A stretch of DNA of 64,000 bases, from NCBI GenBank assembly GCA_951406725.2, contig OX597816.1, forward strand, positions 34,224,001 to 34,288,000, written 5' to 3'. The DNA is from Octopus vulgaris (lineage: Eukaryota). The position numbers and the translations under genes are program-made. The notes beneath the pieces were generated by a model. It was not told the origin of the DNA. It worked only from the letters and a program-made list of their open reading frames with translations, and made no database searches. Positions 44,276-57,000 of the stretch are shown one piece after another. Numbering within the stretch: the stretch's first letter is position 1; each line of letters begins with the position of its first letter.

Positions 44276-44941
44276 AGTCTTCTCCAGAACTGCAGCCTTT
44301 CTGCCCATAACAGAAAAGAATAGTATGCAAGTTGACAATTTCGCGACTATAATTTATGCAACTAAAAATAACCCTAATATTTTCCTTGATATTTCTGAAA
44401 TTTCTGAACTTAGCATCGACAGATATATAATGTTTAACTCGGGAAAGACTGTTTGATTCCATTGCTTCAAAAATCGTCCTTCTTAGCCCACACAGAGAAA
44501 CTATATATATGTAGTCAAGCTCTGAACGTTTAGAATGGAGTCTCCTTAATATATGATGTATAATCAAAGTATTTTCGACAAACACCAATTTTCAGATATT
44601 TTATGTCAGACGCCTTTGTTATCGAGTTCACTTCAAAATGTTCGTATCACTCATAGTCAAATGTAATTTATAAAAAAAACCTGTCAATAGAGAAATACAT
44701 TTTAATTATCAGATCGAAACAGACACATCTGGCGTACTTGAAAACTCGTATAATTAGCTGCCTAGTTAGAATTTTTATTTATATTCAATCATAGGTTCTC
44801 TTGTCACTCTGACCATTCGGGAATATCAGACGAACTATATCATCGATGTATTGATATCTCATAATCTTTTCCACTGAAACTCATTTGCGCTCGCACACAC
44901 TCACATGGACACGCACATGCATACATACATACATACATACA

Positions 44942-45041
<100 letters not shown>

Positions 45042-46159
45042 CACTCATACATTCATACGTACGTATATACATATTGACACACACACACAGAGGTGTACAC
45101 GTATTGAATTTATTTACACATGGGTATAACTATGCAAATTAAACGAAGCTGAAGAATATTAAGTTTATATATTCGTTTCATGGTCATAATTTACTAAGTA
45201 AATGCAGCTTCAATTTTCGATGTTCGTAAACGTGTTAGGGCTATCGATTGAGAAACATATTGAGAAATATATTCTTGGAGAACTGTTTTGCGTAAAGAAG
45301 CTACTCTAACGTCAGTTATGCTTTGTATAAGCTAGGAATGCATGCAAAATTACATTGCAAAAATTTCTTTTTTAAAAATCCCCTAGAAACCGGTGCAACT
45401 AAGCAGATACCGAAACAGACAAATCTGCGCTTGAAGCAATTCTAAAAAGAAAAAAAAGAACAATATTAATATTTTGCCCATGCTGAAATTTTATCTTATC
45501 GATCTATCTAACCCGCACCACACACACTCACTCTCTCTCTCTAGCTATCTCTCTCTCTATCTCTCTCTCTCTCGCTCTCTCCCTCTCTGTGAGTGCGTAT
45601 TTGCATACATACTTAGAAGCATTGATAATTAGATACATGAGTATATGCACGTATGAAGAGCTATGAGTGAATGTTTGCAAGTTCGATTGTTGGACACTGC
45701 TGCTGGTGAAACACATGTGAATGCAGTTTCTTTTAAGTTACTGACCCTAATCTGCTGAAACATAGCTGACAATCGCTGGGAAAACTATCCCTACATTACG
45801 TTTGTCCACTTGGATAAAAAAACAAACAATAATTCGTCGGAAATGTAAGTAAACTATTTATGATGAGATACTTTAATGTTATTAGAGAAATAGGGGTTAT
45901 TAGGCAATCAATAACATTATTATCGATTATACTTTATTTGCCGTATCATCTACGAACGTGAAGCAAGTAGAAAAAAATTAATGCCTTACTATGTACGAAT
46001 TTATATTTTAAAATATTACTCCCCAAAATAATATATCCCCACAAAACGATAAAAATTTTGAGCAAAGTATTTTCAACAAGCAATTTTTCCGCTATGTTTG
46101 TAGGTTTGTTTACATATATTCTTTTGTAGGTGCATGTACATATATTCTGTTATTCTTTT

Positions 46160-46902
<743 letters not shown>

Positions 46903-46905
<3 letters not shown>

Positions 46906-47295
46906 CCCACTCCGTGGCAGATTGGGTAGGTGTTGTCCACTATAGCATCGGACCGCATATTGTCTTGTGAGTAGAAATGATACACGGAAATTTAAAGAAG
47001 TGCATCATATATATATATGTTTGAAAGACATGTGTGAGTGTGCGTGCGTGCGCTTGCGTGTGCATGTGTGCGTGTGTGTGTGCTTGTGTCTACTTCTTGC
47101 CCCCCAAACCGCTAGACAACGAGTGAATGTTGTGCTTCCGTACTCGTAAATTAACGAATCAGAAAAATCTATTTATAGAGTAAGTACTAGCCTTTAATAA
47201 ATGTAGAGGGGTATATTCATTCCCTAAGATTCCTTGAAGGTGGTGCCCCAAAATGCCCGCATTCTACTGTTTGAAGCGCAGGAAAGGAAATAGAG
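46903..47295 (+). mobile_element. Old SINE, family B-like
   Basis: agtcccactccgtggca..actatagc..gtgagtag and ggtggtgcccca align loosely to family B. Confidence 0.5.
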
Positions 47296-47469
47296 AATAA
47301 TATTAATATATGTATAGATATATATATATTTTTGACTTTGATTTTTCCAGTTTCAGCTAATCTGCTGAATATATATATATATGCATTCTACAGTAATACC
47401 TTAAACAAAATACATGAGGAATGTGCCTGTGTGTATGTATGTGTGTGTATTTCTACAGATGTATGTGTT

Positions 47470-47519
<50 letters not shown>

Positions 47520-47555
47520 TCGTTCAGAGATTTATTATTGCTATATATATATATA

Positions 47556-47775
47556 TTTGTTTACTGCCCACAAGGGGCTAAACATAGAGGGGACAAACAA
47601 GGACAGACAAAGGGAGTAAGTCGATTACATCGACCCCAGTGCGAAACTGGTACCTTATTTATCGACCCTGAAAGGGGGAAAGGTAAAGTCGACCTCGGCA
47701 GAATTTGAACTCAGAACGTACGACAGAAGAAATACCGCTAAGCATTTCGCCCGGCGCGCTAACGTTTCTGTCAGC
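47556..47775 (-). mobile_element. SINE, family A
   Basis: Reverse homolog of 9687-9916. Confidence 0.9.
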
Positions 47776-47791
47776 ATATATATATGTGTGT

Positions 47792-47840
<49 letters not shown>

Positions 47841-48480
47841 AGAATATATATATATATATATATATATGCATACATACATATGTACATAAGACACACAGAA
47901 ATTGATAGTTTGCTAGACATATAGGTAGATTTATTGATAGATAGAAATGTGTTAACAAATCCATATATGTATAGTTATGACTGCATATTTGTGTAAAAAT
48001 AATGTATTGACAACAGTTTTGATATATATTCAATCATATTTGTATAAAATATGCTGTGCAATTATTTAAATTTTTAATCCGAGCGAAATAATATTTCTCT
48101 TGTTTATCATATATGTGTTCGTTCTATACCCAGAAAACCAAATTCAATTGCAATAATTTCAATAAGAAAATCATGACAGAACTCAGAATCAAATGCTTTT
48201 CTACTCATTGTTTTTCGTGTTTATGCAATTGTTGACTGTCTATATGAAAGTTAGTTCTTTTAAGATATTGCTGTGTAGATTTTCCATAGATGTTTACAGA
48301 GCTAAATATATCTTGCAAATTTTGAAATGCATTTGAAATTATACATATTTAAAGCTATTGTTGAAAATTTACAATTCAATTTTGTTATGTTTCGATAAAC
48401 TTTTTGAACAGTACACATCGAAATTATATCAAATAGTGCATCTTTTAGATCTCTTTCTGTCTGCCTATCAATCTACCTAC

Positions 48481-48512
<32 letters not shown>

Positions 48513-48919
48513 TTATCTATCTATATATCTATTTATCTATATATCTATCTATCTATCTATCTATCTAACTAACTATCTATTTATTGAACTGACCGTATGT
48601 CTATCTCTCTGTCCCCTTGCTTGTCAGTCAATATATCTGTGTATCTATTTATCTACCTATTTATTATAACTTTTATGAAACGCGTCGATTTTGAAAGTGT
48701 TTAGTTTGATCGCCGCCTTAATGTCCAACAAACAACAGCTTTCATTTTCAATTACCACTCTCTGCATTTTTATTTTCATCAAAGAGATTTGCGGTTTATA
48801 CAGCATTAACGATTTTCAGTAAAATGCTGAAATGTGTTTTTATAAGCATGAAAATTTCGCAGATTTTACAACACTCACAACACTCACAAATATATCTGAA
48901 AACAAAACGTTATTCTGGT

Positions 48920-49343
48920 TATTAAAACAAATTTGGAAGCTTGGTGATGTGGAAAGAAACCACTGAAAAGAAACCACGGCAGGAGCCAAAGCTGTGATTT
49001 AAGGTATGTGTTAAGTCCTCATTAAAGGCTGTGTTATGCAGGAGACTGACTGGTAGAACAATGCAGTTCATCGCCACAGATGAAAGAGGCAGGTTAAGGA
49101 ACGGGTCAACACTTTTGAGAGCTTGTATTCTAGAAGAAGAAATTAGGCGTGATTCTCGAAAGCGCACTGCTGGTGTATTGAATGTGAAAAGCTTGGTTTG
49201 TAATGTTTGCAGTTGTGTGTGTTTGTCAATAGCACAGCACATTAGCCACCAGCGGAGCCGCAAATTCAAAATATAAGCTAGTCCTATAACTCACAATGTT
49301 CCTGAAGGTTAACAATGGTCTTCTCCGGTCACGAGTAGACGGC

Positions 49344-49347
<4 letters not shown>
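48920..49347 (+). pseudogene. RTE-clade LINE 3' end
   Basis: PKL*FKVC-like motif, then IATDE..LRNG..RRDSRKR and a C2H2-type CNVCSCVCLSIAQHISHQRS. Short 3' UTR ending in (TA)n. Confidence 0.75.
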
Positions 49348-49420
<73 letters not shown>

Positions 49421-49423
<3 letters not shown>

Positions 49424-49673
49424 AATGTAGGATAAATTATTTTCGAAAAAAAATGTTATCAATGGCCAGCATATTAAAAAATTACATTTAAAGGTTAAAT
49501 TATAAACAACTTATAAATAAGGGCAAACGAAAAAATTTCTAAATCCAAATATGCAGAAAAATTGGACATATTGTCCATTTACTGGGAAAAAAAATTATAT
49601 GATAAATGGTCAATATCTCCAATTTTTAGGCATATTTGGCATTAGAAATGTTTTCGTTTGCCCTATTTATAAG

Positions 49674-49677
<4 letters not shown>
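49421..49677. mobile_element. Fold-back element (arms about 74 bp plus tail) inside (TA)n
   Basis: 49508-49581 is an imperfect inverted repeat of 49603-49675; (TA)n on both sides. Confidence 0.75.
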
Positions 49678-49719
<42 letters not shown>

Positions 49720-49725
<6 letters not shown>

Positions 49726-50330
49726 ACAACAAAAAGTGGAAGCGGTGACAGAAAAATATCCGGACAGTTAGACGATACAAAGAAGGATAGGAAAAAACAA
49801 GGATGGGTCATTCGGAGCTTTCTCTCGTGGGTCGAGTTCCACATCGTCCTTGCAGTTTCGGCCGGTTACAATCGAAACCAATCTCGCTGACCCCAATGAA
49901 ACCTTAGTAGTGAGCACTTGATTCTTCGGAAGAAAGCAAGCCGATTTATACAAAAACAAGGACGTAAAGAAAACTGGAAAATTGTACGCAATTACAAGTA
50001 CAAACAAGACATTAAGAACAGGTGTCTTTCGACTAAGGACGAATTAATTTAAGCTGGCGTGTGAGGAGTGAAGCCTTAAGACAGAAAGATAACATATGTT
50101 ACTCATGGGAAGGAATATAAGAGAGGCTAACCTGATGGCATTCGAACCAAGAAAGAAAGGCCATTCTTGGCGAAGCATCTATCACGTGGAAGGAGAGGAG
50201 AGAGTTAGGAGCAGATGGATTGAAAAATTAGGGAGGGACGAGGAAGAAAGAAAGAGAAAGGAAAGTGACATAGATTAAGTTACAAGAGAGGTAAAAGAGG
50301 AGAGAAAGTGAAGAGAATGAAGCAATGTAA
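49720..50330 (-). mobile_element. Unclassified repeat, possibly a PLE 3' terminal region
   Basis: Starts at a (TA)n junction. The minus strand has a degenerate TTCTT-CCGAAGA...GAAAC..AAGGA arrangement. Confidence 0.35.
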
Positions 50331-50376
50331 TCTGTGGAGCTAGAAAAAGAATCGTAACATATATTTGCCAACTAAT

Positions 50377-50680
50377 TGTGACGTCCTATACAGGACAGTG
50401 CTACTCAGATGAAACATTACCACCAGTGAGTCGCTTGAAATATGTATAATAATTTGCGAGTGGAATGAGCTTCCTCCACTAGATGGTAGTTAACATACGT
50501 TGAGGATGGGTATCCATCCAGAAACTCGAGTCCGTGCGAATCACATAAGGCTAGAGATAGAGCGATAATCTCTCTTTGTAAATTCTAGTAGGACACAGAA
50601 TGCGTGTGGCTAACCAGCTGAAGGAAATGTTATCCTGGGGTTATAAACGTCAGTAGTACTGTCCTCTATAGGATGTCATA
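50377..50680. mobile_element. MITE-like element with TIRs of about 29 bp
   Basis: Left end tgtgacgtcctatacaggacagtgctact; reverse complement of the right end tatgacatcctatagaggacagtactact. Confidence 0.7.
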
Positions 50681-50756
50681 CGTATATATATATATATTTA
50701 TATATATATATATATATATAGATATATACATATATACACATGTGTGTGTGTATGTA

Positions 50757-50989
50757 TACCGATCGGTTTCGCACAGGAATTGCAATAGAGGGTTACGTGA
50801 CTGTCCGAGTCTTACTCTACGCTCGTCAGGACCGATGCGGACGTGAATGTGATGACTGCTCTCTACAGAGCAGTTGCCATATTCCCTTCTATGTCAGCTA
50901 ACTCTGATGAGCATGGGGGTTATATAATCGGATTGTGTTGCCTGGCATTCCATTGTGCGCCTTGCACGAAACTGATTGGTAAAACCACC
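50757..50989. mobile_element. Old fold-back element with two divergently oriented hammerhead motifs
   Basis: Hairpin centre gactgctct-ctac-agagcagtt. Minus strand CTGACGA...GAAAC-CGATCG-GTA (50829-50757); plus strand CTGATGA...GAAAC-TGATTG-GTA (50904-50981). Confidence 0.7.
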
Positions 50990-51027
<38 letters not shown>

Positions 51028-52174
51028 ATATAAAAATATGTTATTTTGATATATTTTGGTTCAAATTAAGTTTCGACTATATAGGTTCTTGTTGAATGAG
51101 TCATACAGTTGCTATAAATTTGACCTCCCACCCCGCAATTCACGTTTACACGTCACTTAATTTATAAAGTGTAAGCACCCATAGCACTTTTGACTGAATG
51201 AACAACAACGTTACTTTAAAAAATAATATTGGCAAGCCTACAATAAATGTACTTTCGAAAATGAAATCTAGTGAATTGTAACAGGCAATATTTTAGCTGA
51301 GATTGCCAGTAATATAAAGCTTTTATTCGAATCGGATATTCTTTTGTAAGTGCATAACTATATAAATGTATGTGTTTTTGTGTATATGTGTGTGTATGTG
51401 TGTGTGTTTGTGTGTGTGTATGTGTGTGTGTTAATGCATACATATGTACGAATGCATACATACGTATGTACATATTCACACAATCTCAAAGATATTGCGA
51501 ATTTTTGATGGCTTTTCCTTCACACACGCACACACATCAGCCTTAAATACTGTAAGTAACAATATTTGATGAGAAGCTTTTGTCCTCGGTAGATTTGGCT
51601 CATTTCTCAATCTCCATTTTTATAGAATATTACTCTTACCAATCCGTATCTTGATTGCCTTTCAAGTTATGCCAGATCTCAAAACAATTGACAATGTCTT
51701 TCTCGCTGTATTTTCATCACATTTCAACGCTTCGTTTACAGATAAATATATCTATGTTACATTCATATAAATATATAATCCTACAGGGAGCGTGTATAAT
51801 CTGATGTCTGTATATAATTATGTTTGATATAGTGTTTTAGAATGTTTGTTTTCTAAATGAAATTATAGACAGGCTAAACCGTCACCGTCGAAATATTGTC
51901 AATCTGCACACTGTTAGTCTACAGGGTCTCGGTCTACAAAAAAATCATTCATGTTTTGAATGCATACATATTGGCAATGTATACGCGGTACACATTTATC
52001 TTTCATACCGGGATACCACGTTGAAGTATTTGTCGTGGGTTCATTGGGATTTGGCTCTTATTCTGTTGGTCTGTTTCAACGAAACTCTAATTACGGGAAC
52101 ACAAACACACCAACATCGGTATCAAGCATTGGTTGGAGACATACACACACATACATACATATATATATATATAT

Positions 52175-52771
52175 ATATTATTAGTGAACTGAAGAAATGG
52201 AGCTGAACGAAGATTGAACAGAAATCGTTTTATTTCATTCTACACGTGTTTCGAAAGGCACAATTTACCAAAATCCGATTGAATAATGAGACCATATTGT
52301 GTCTTTCTCTTCAGGAAGAAATAGGAAATCCGTTGGAAAAAACAAAAACAGAACAGAGGCGGAGCAAAACAAATCGAACTAGGCTCCTAAGTTTGGCCAT
52401 GGGCTCTTAGGAGCCTAGTTCGATTTGTTTTGCTCCGCCTCTGTTCTGTTTTTGTTTTTTCCAACGGATTTCCTATTTCTTCCTGAAGAGAAAGACACAA
52501 TATGGTCTCATTATTCAATCAGATTTTGGTAAATTGTGCCTTTCGAAACACGTGTAGAATGAAATAAAACGATTTCTGTTCAATCTTCGTTCAGCTCCAT
52601 TTCTTCAATTCACTAATAATATTAAAATTCAATTATCCGCACCAACGCACGGTTGCAACACCATATGGTTGTACCTCCAACCGTGCTGTCTTCTGGTGTG
52701 ATTTTTGCTACCAAGGTATCGGTTAAACTTTTGATTAATCTGCTACAAGATTATTCATCCTTCTATTTGAC

Positions 52772-52775
<4 letters not shown>
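52175..52775. mobile_element. Fold-back PLE terminal-repeat element, same family as 38232-40225
   Basis: Arms 52175-52391 and 52406-52622 (217 bp, 2 mismatches) with a 14-nt loop. The tail 52623-52775 is homologous to the reverse complement of 38232-38382. (TA)n on both sides. Confidence 0.9.
52476..52564 (+). ncRNA. Type I hammerhead ribozyme motif with long stem II (mirror copy at about 52233-52321, minus strand)
   Basis: TTTCTTC-CTGAAGA-GAAAGACACAAT...ATTGTGCCTTTC-GAAAC-ACGT-GTA-GAATGAAA. Palindromic ACACGTGT stem III; predicted cut after 52556. Confidence 0.8.
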
Positions 52776-53145
<370 letters not shown>

Positions 53146-53266
53146 TCTATGAATTTGTGTTGTACTTTCGGATGGTCATTTTCTATGCTGCCATCGACCC
53201 CGACTTTCGGTACAATTCCTGTATCTCAGTCTCTGTGTGTTCGGTCACGCTGCTGCGATCAAGGCA

Positions 53267-53374
<108 letters not shown>

Positions 53375-53929
53375 ATCAGGTCTCATGCCATTAGCCACAA
53401 CGAATAATCTCTAATTCAAGCCTACTCTAAGCTACTAAGAATGCGTGTGACAACTTGAAGGTCCACCCACCACAAGAGATAGACTGGCGTTATATTGCAT
53501 TGTGCGTTGGTGGGTGCTATTGTTCCATTCGTGTTTACTGTTGGGGCTCGGTCTGTCTATTACTATGTCTGAAGCCCCTGTGATCTGTTTCAGTTTCGTG
53601 TGAGTTCTATGTGTTGATAATACCTTAACTTCTACGATATTAACTGAGTTACTAAGAACAGCGATACACACACACACTCACACAAATACAGAATCAAACG
53701 TATGTATATATAATTATAATTGAAGAACAGAATTGATAAACCGGAGCAGGAGCACACATGAGGAGTGAAAGTGCCACTGAAGAAGTCGCAGATGTGTGAC
53801 GTAAGGCTTCCGAGCATGGACACGAGTTAATATAAGAACAGTTATAACCGCATGAAGGACGAATGTTTTGTGCGTTTGATAATTTTGACAAAAGAAAAGG
53901 AAAACTATCCCGAAATACAACAATACATA

Positions 53930-54060
53930 TATACAACGTGCTTCCTTCAGATTCCACCTACCAGGTACACTAATAAGGTTTTGGTTGATCTTAGCCAATA
54001 TATTAGGAGACAACCCAAGGTACCGTGCAGTGGGGCTGAGCGTGGAAGCAAACTTTAGGC
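53930..54060 (-). mobile_element. Degenerate 5' half of a family B SINE
   Basis: gcttccttcagattccacctacc...ccaaggtaccgtgcagtggggctga...aagcaaactt matches the reverse complement of the family B head. Confidence 0.6.
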
Positions 54061-55369
54061 TAAACGTTATCCCTTCACAAATGTTCACTCGATTCGAAAT
54101 TTGTGCATATCTATCCTAGCATTACCAGGCAATTTAAAATCCACTCATAATCCTCAGGTTGAATAATACGCCTGAATATTTAATCTTTCATCTTATCTTA
54201 CTTAGAAAATACACAGCAAAATACTTAAGTAGTTGTTCATTGGCCAGCAGAGATTGTGAGGATAAATAATTAGCATTTTCAGCCCTGTCCAATCCCATCA
54301 TTCTATGGCTAGGAACGGCGACATCGATTGTCAATTACATCAGTTAGATGTCATTTGTTAATAATTCACTGCTAGAACGATTTCGTTGGTAAATGTAGTG
54401 CCGTAAGCGAAGATAATATATTGAATCAATAAAGATTTTATATATAAAACAATCATTAATTAAGTTGTAGTAGTGTTGTCATTAATGTTTTTAGCCTCTT
54501 TCCTGAGAAATGGCATAAAAGTTGCATATTTAACTCTCTGTCTGTTTCAGTCTTCTACTACTACCTCTCTCTCTCTCTCTCTCGCTCTCTCTCTTTAACA
54601 TACAGTCATGTTTGTATACAAACTTAACTTTAATAGTGATAGAGGTTTAAACATGTATAATATAAAGAAAAAATATTGTGACCGGTACATGTATTTTGTA
54701 CAATGTCGTTCATTATTGATACAGTAGAATGCGCTTCAGCATTGGACAACAAAAATATCATGAAAATAAGAAAAAGTAATGGAGTTGATGAATTGACTGC
54801 AAATAACCGCTCCTTCTTTATACCTGCTGTTAATTCAGCTTTGCCATCATTAGGTTTGCTCTATACGAATTTATATTCACCCACGGAAAAGAAAGAAAAA
54901 ATAAGAGAAAATTATCGCCAGTCGATCGAAATATAGGGAAAAATAGTGATTCCATTCATATTTTATCATTGCATTTCAATTAAAAACGGATACTTCTTTA
55001 TTGTTGTTCCTTCATTTCAGTGCAAAATGCTTTTGTGTACGTAGCCTTATAAATAATGTAAAAACATGAAATACAAAATTATAGCAAAACTCTTTTAAGC
55101 CAAACGATGAACATTCTCTCCAAATACAACAATTCATTGCTTTTGTTCCAAGCAGATCCTATACAGATGCAACGTGTCTACACAAACTACGCTCAATATA
55201 TAAATATTCAATGATTTTACAACTTCCCATGAATATAAATCATTTGCATACAACAATGCTACGTGGTAAACTGTATTCCCTTCTGATTGTACTAAGATGA
55301 GATTTCTTCTTGTAAACAGTGCGTGTCTTGTACGCATAATTCAAGCTAAGTGTGTGTACGTGTATGAGC

Positions 55370-55489
<120 letters not shown>

Positions 55490-55867
55490 GTATATATATA
55501 TATATATGTGTATGTATGTATGTATGTATGTATGTATGTATGTATGTATGTATAAGCTCAAAGTGATTGTGTGCTGTGATTGCATGCTTTTTTCTACTTG
55601 ACTGTACATACTTAAAGTGATGGGCTGCTCTTTTAAAATTAAGTATGTATATTCTTTATTTTCTGTTACCTGAATATTTGCCTCTAGCTTGAATCTTTCA
55701 GCAGCAATGTATTCAATATTCACTGTCACCAAATCACATGGGCTCCACTGGAACCACGGATAACATTTCCTCAGGTGTGTTTATGCATACGTCTATGTAC
55801 AGAGTGATGCAAAAGATATGTAGTGATAAGTGGATCCGTACGCCTGGGTTAGTGTGTGGGTGTCTGA

Positions 55868-55980
55868 AGAAGCGTGGCCTAGTGGTGAGTATCTTGCATT
55901 TATGATCGCATGATTGTGGTTTCGATTTCCAGACGGGAAGGTGGGTTGTTTTCTTCACGAAACCAATTCATTTCACGCGG
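55868..55980 (+). mobile_element. tRNA-derived SINE head
   Basis: A-box TGGCCTAGTGG and B-box-like GGTTTCGATTTCC, similar to family C. Confidence 0.55.
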
Positions 55981-56379
55981 TCATATACCTGAGGCACACC
56001 GAGCACCTGTACAAACAATGTTGATTTGAGTAAGAGAGAGATTTAATGAACAGCACGTATTATTCTCCCCAAAATCACCACACCAGGCTGTTCATCATAA
56101 ATAGAGAAACAACCATCTGTCATTTCTCCATAAGTGCCACATGCTTTTCTCGGTATTTTCCCCATCCACCGGAAACTTTTCTCTTTCTTCTTTCTAATGA
56201 ACGAAGAGCGATTCTGGTAGCTTCACATTTTTCTATCTTAAATTTCCAATCCAAAACATTCACTGTATACGTTATTTTGACTTTTGGTGCAGTGGTAGAA
56301 AGAGATATGGAAAGTGTATAAATATATATTTTACCCGGTGAAAATTTAGAAATATCATTCGTACGTGGTGAAATTTATC

Positions 56380-56640
56380 ATACGGATGAGAAAAAAGTAG
56401 CGCACGATGAAAGGTCGAGTTATCTGCATACGCATAGGTATTGGTCCATGTAACGGCAGGTATATCAGTGAGATAGAAAAGGGAGACAGCGCACAGGGTC
56501 TCAGTAATGTGGATTTTTTGTTGAGGGAGCTTCGTAAGCATATACGACGATGATACACTCAAAGACGTAACTTGCAAAAGAATATTTTCATTACTGCTGA
56601 AAACTTCCACTGGCAGATTGTTGGAGGACAAAGCCTGGTA
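56380..56640 (-). pseudogene. Highly decayed LINE RT fragment
   Basis: KLPQQ..LFYLTDIPAV...AYADNST resembles GVPQG..LF..YINDLP...YADD. Confidence 0.45.
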
Positions 56641-56957
56641 GAATGTGTTACACCAGTGTATCCTTTGCAGATTGGAGAGAGATATGAAATGAATTGCTAA
56701 TTCCCAAAATGGATGACAATTTTTCTAGCATTTTAGATATTGTGTTAAGAAAAACTTATTTTGAGTTTTTTTTTTACTGTTATAAAGCGTCAGCTGATTT
56801 ACTGCATTCTCTGCACTCTCTGTCACTCCCTATACAGTGGACAAGTCATTCGGTACCTAACTGAGTGTTTTGCTGAACAGTATTACGACAAGATGGGTAA
56901 TGGCAGTCCGGTCTCTTGCCATTTACGATTTTATGTTAGTACCTGCAACATCACCCT

Positions 56958-57000
56958 ATCTTCGCCCTATCTTCGCCCTATCTTCGCCCTATCTTCACCT
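56958..57000. repeat. 11-bp tandem repeat (CCCTATCTTCG) x4
   Basis: Read directly; the last unit ends in A. Confidence 0.9.
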
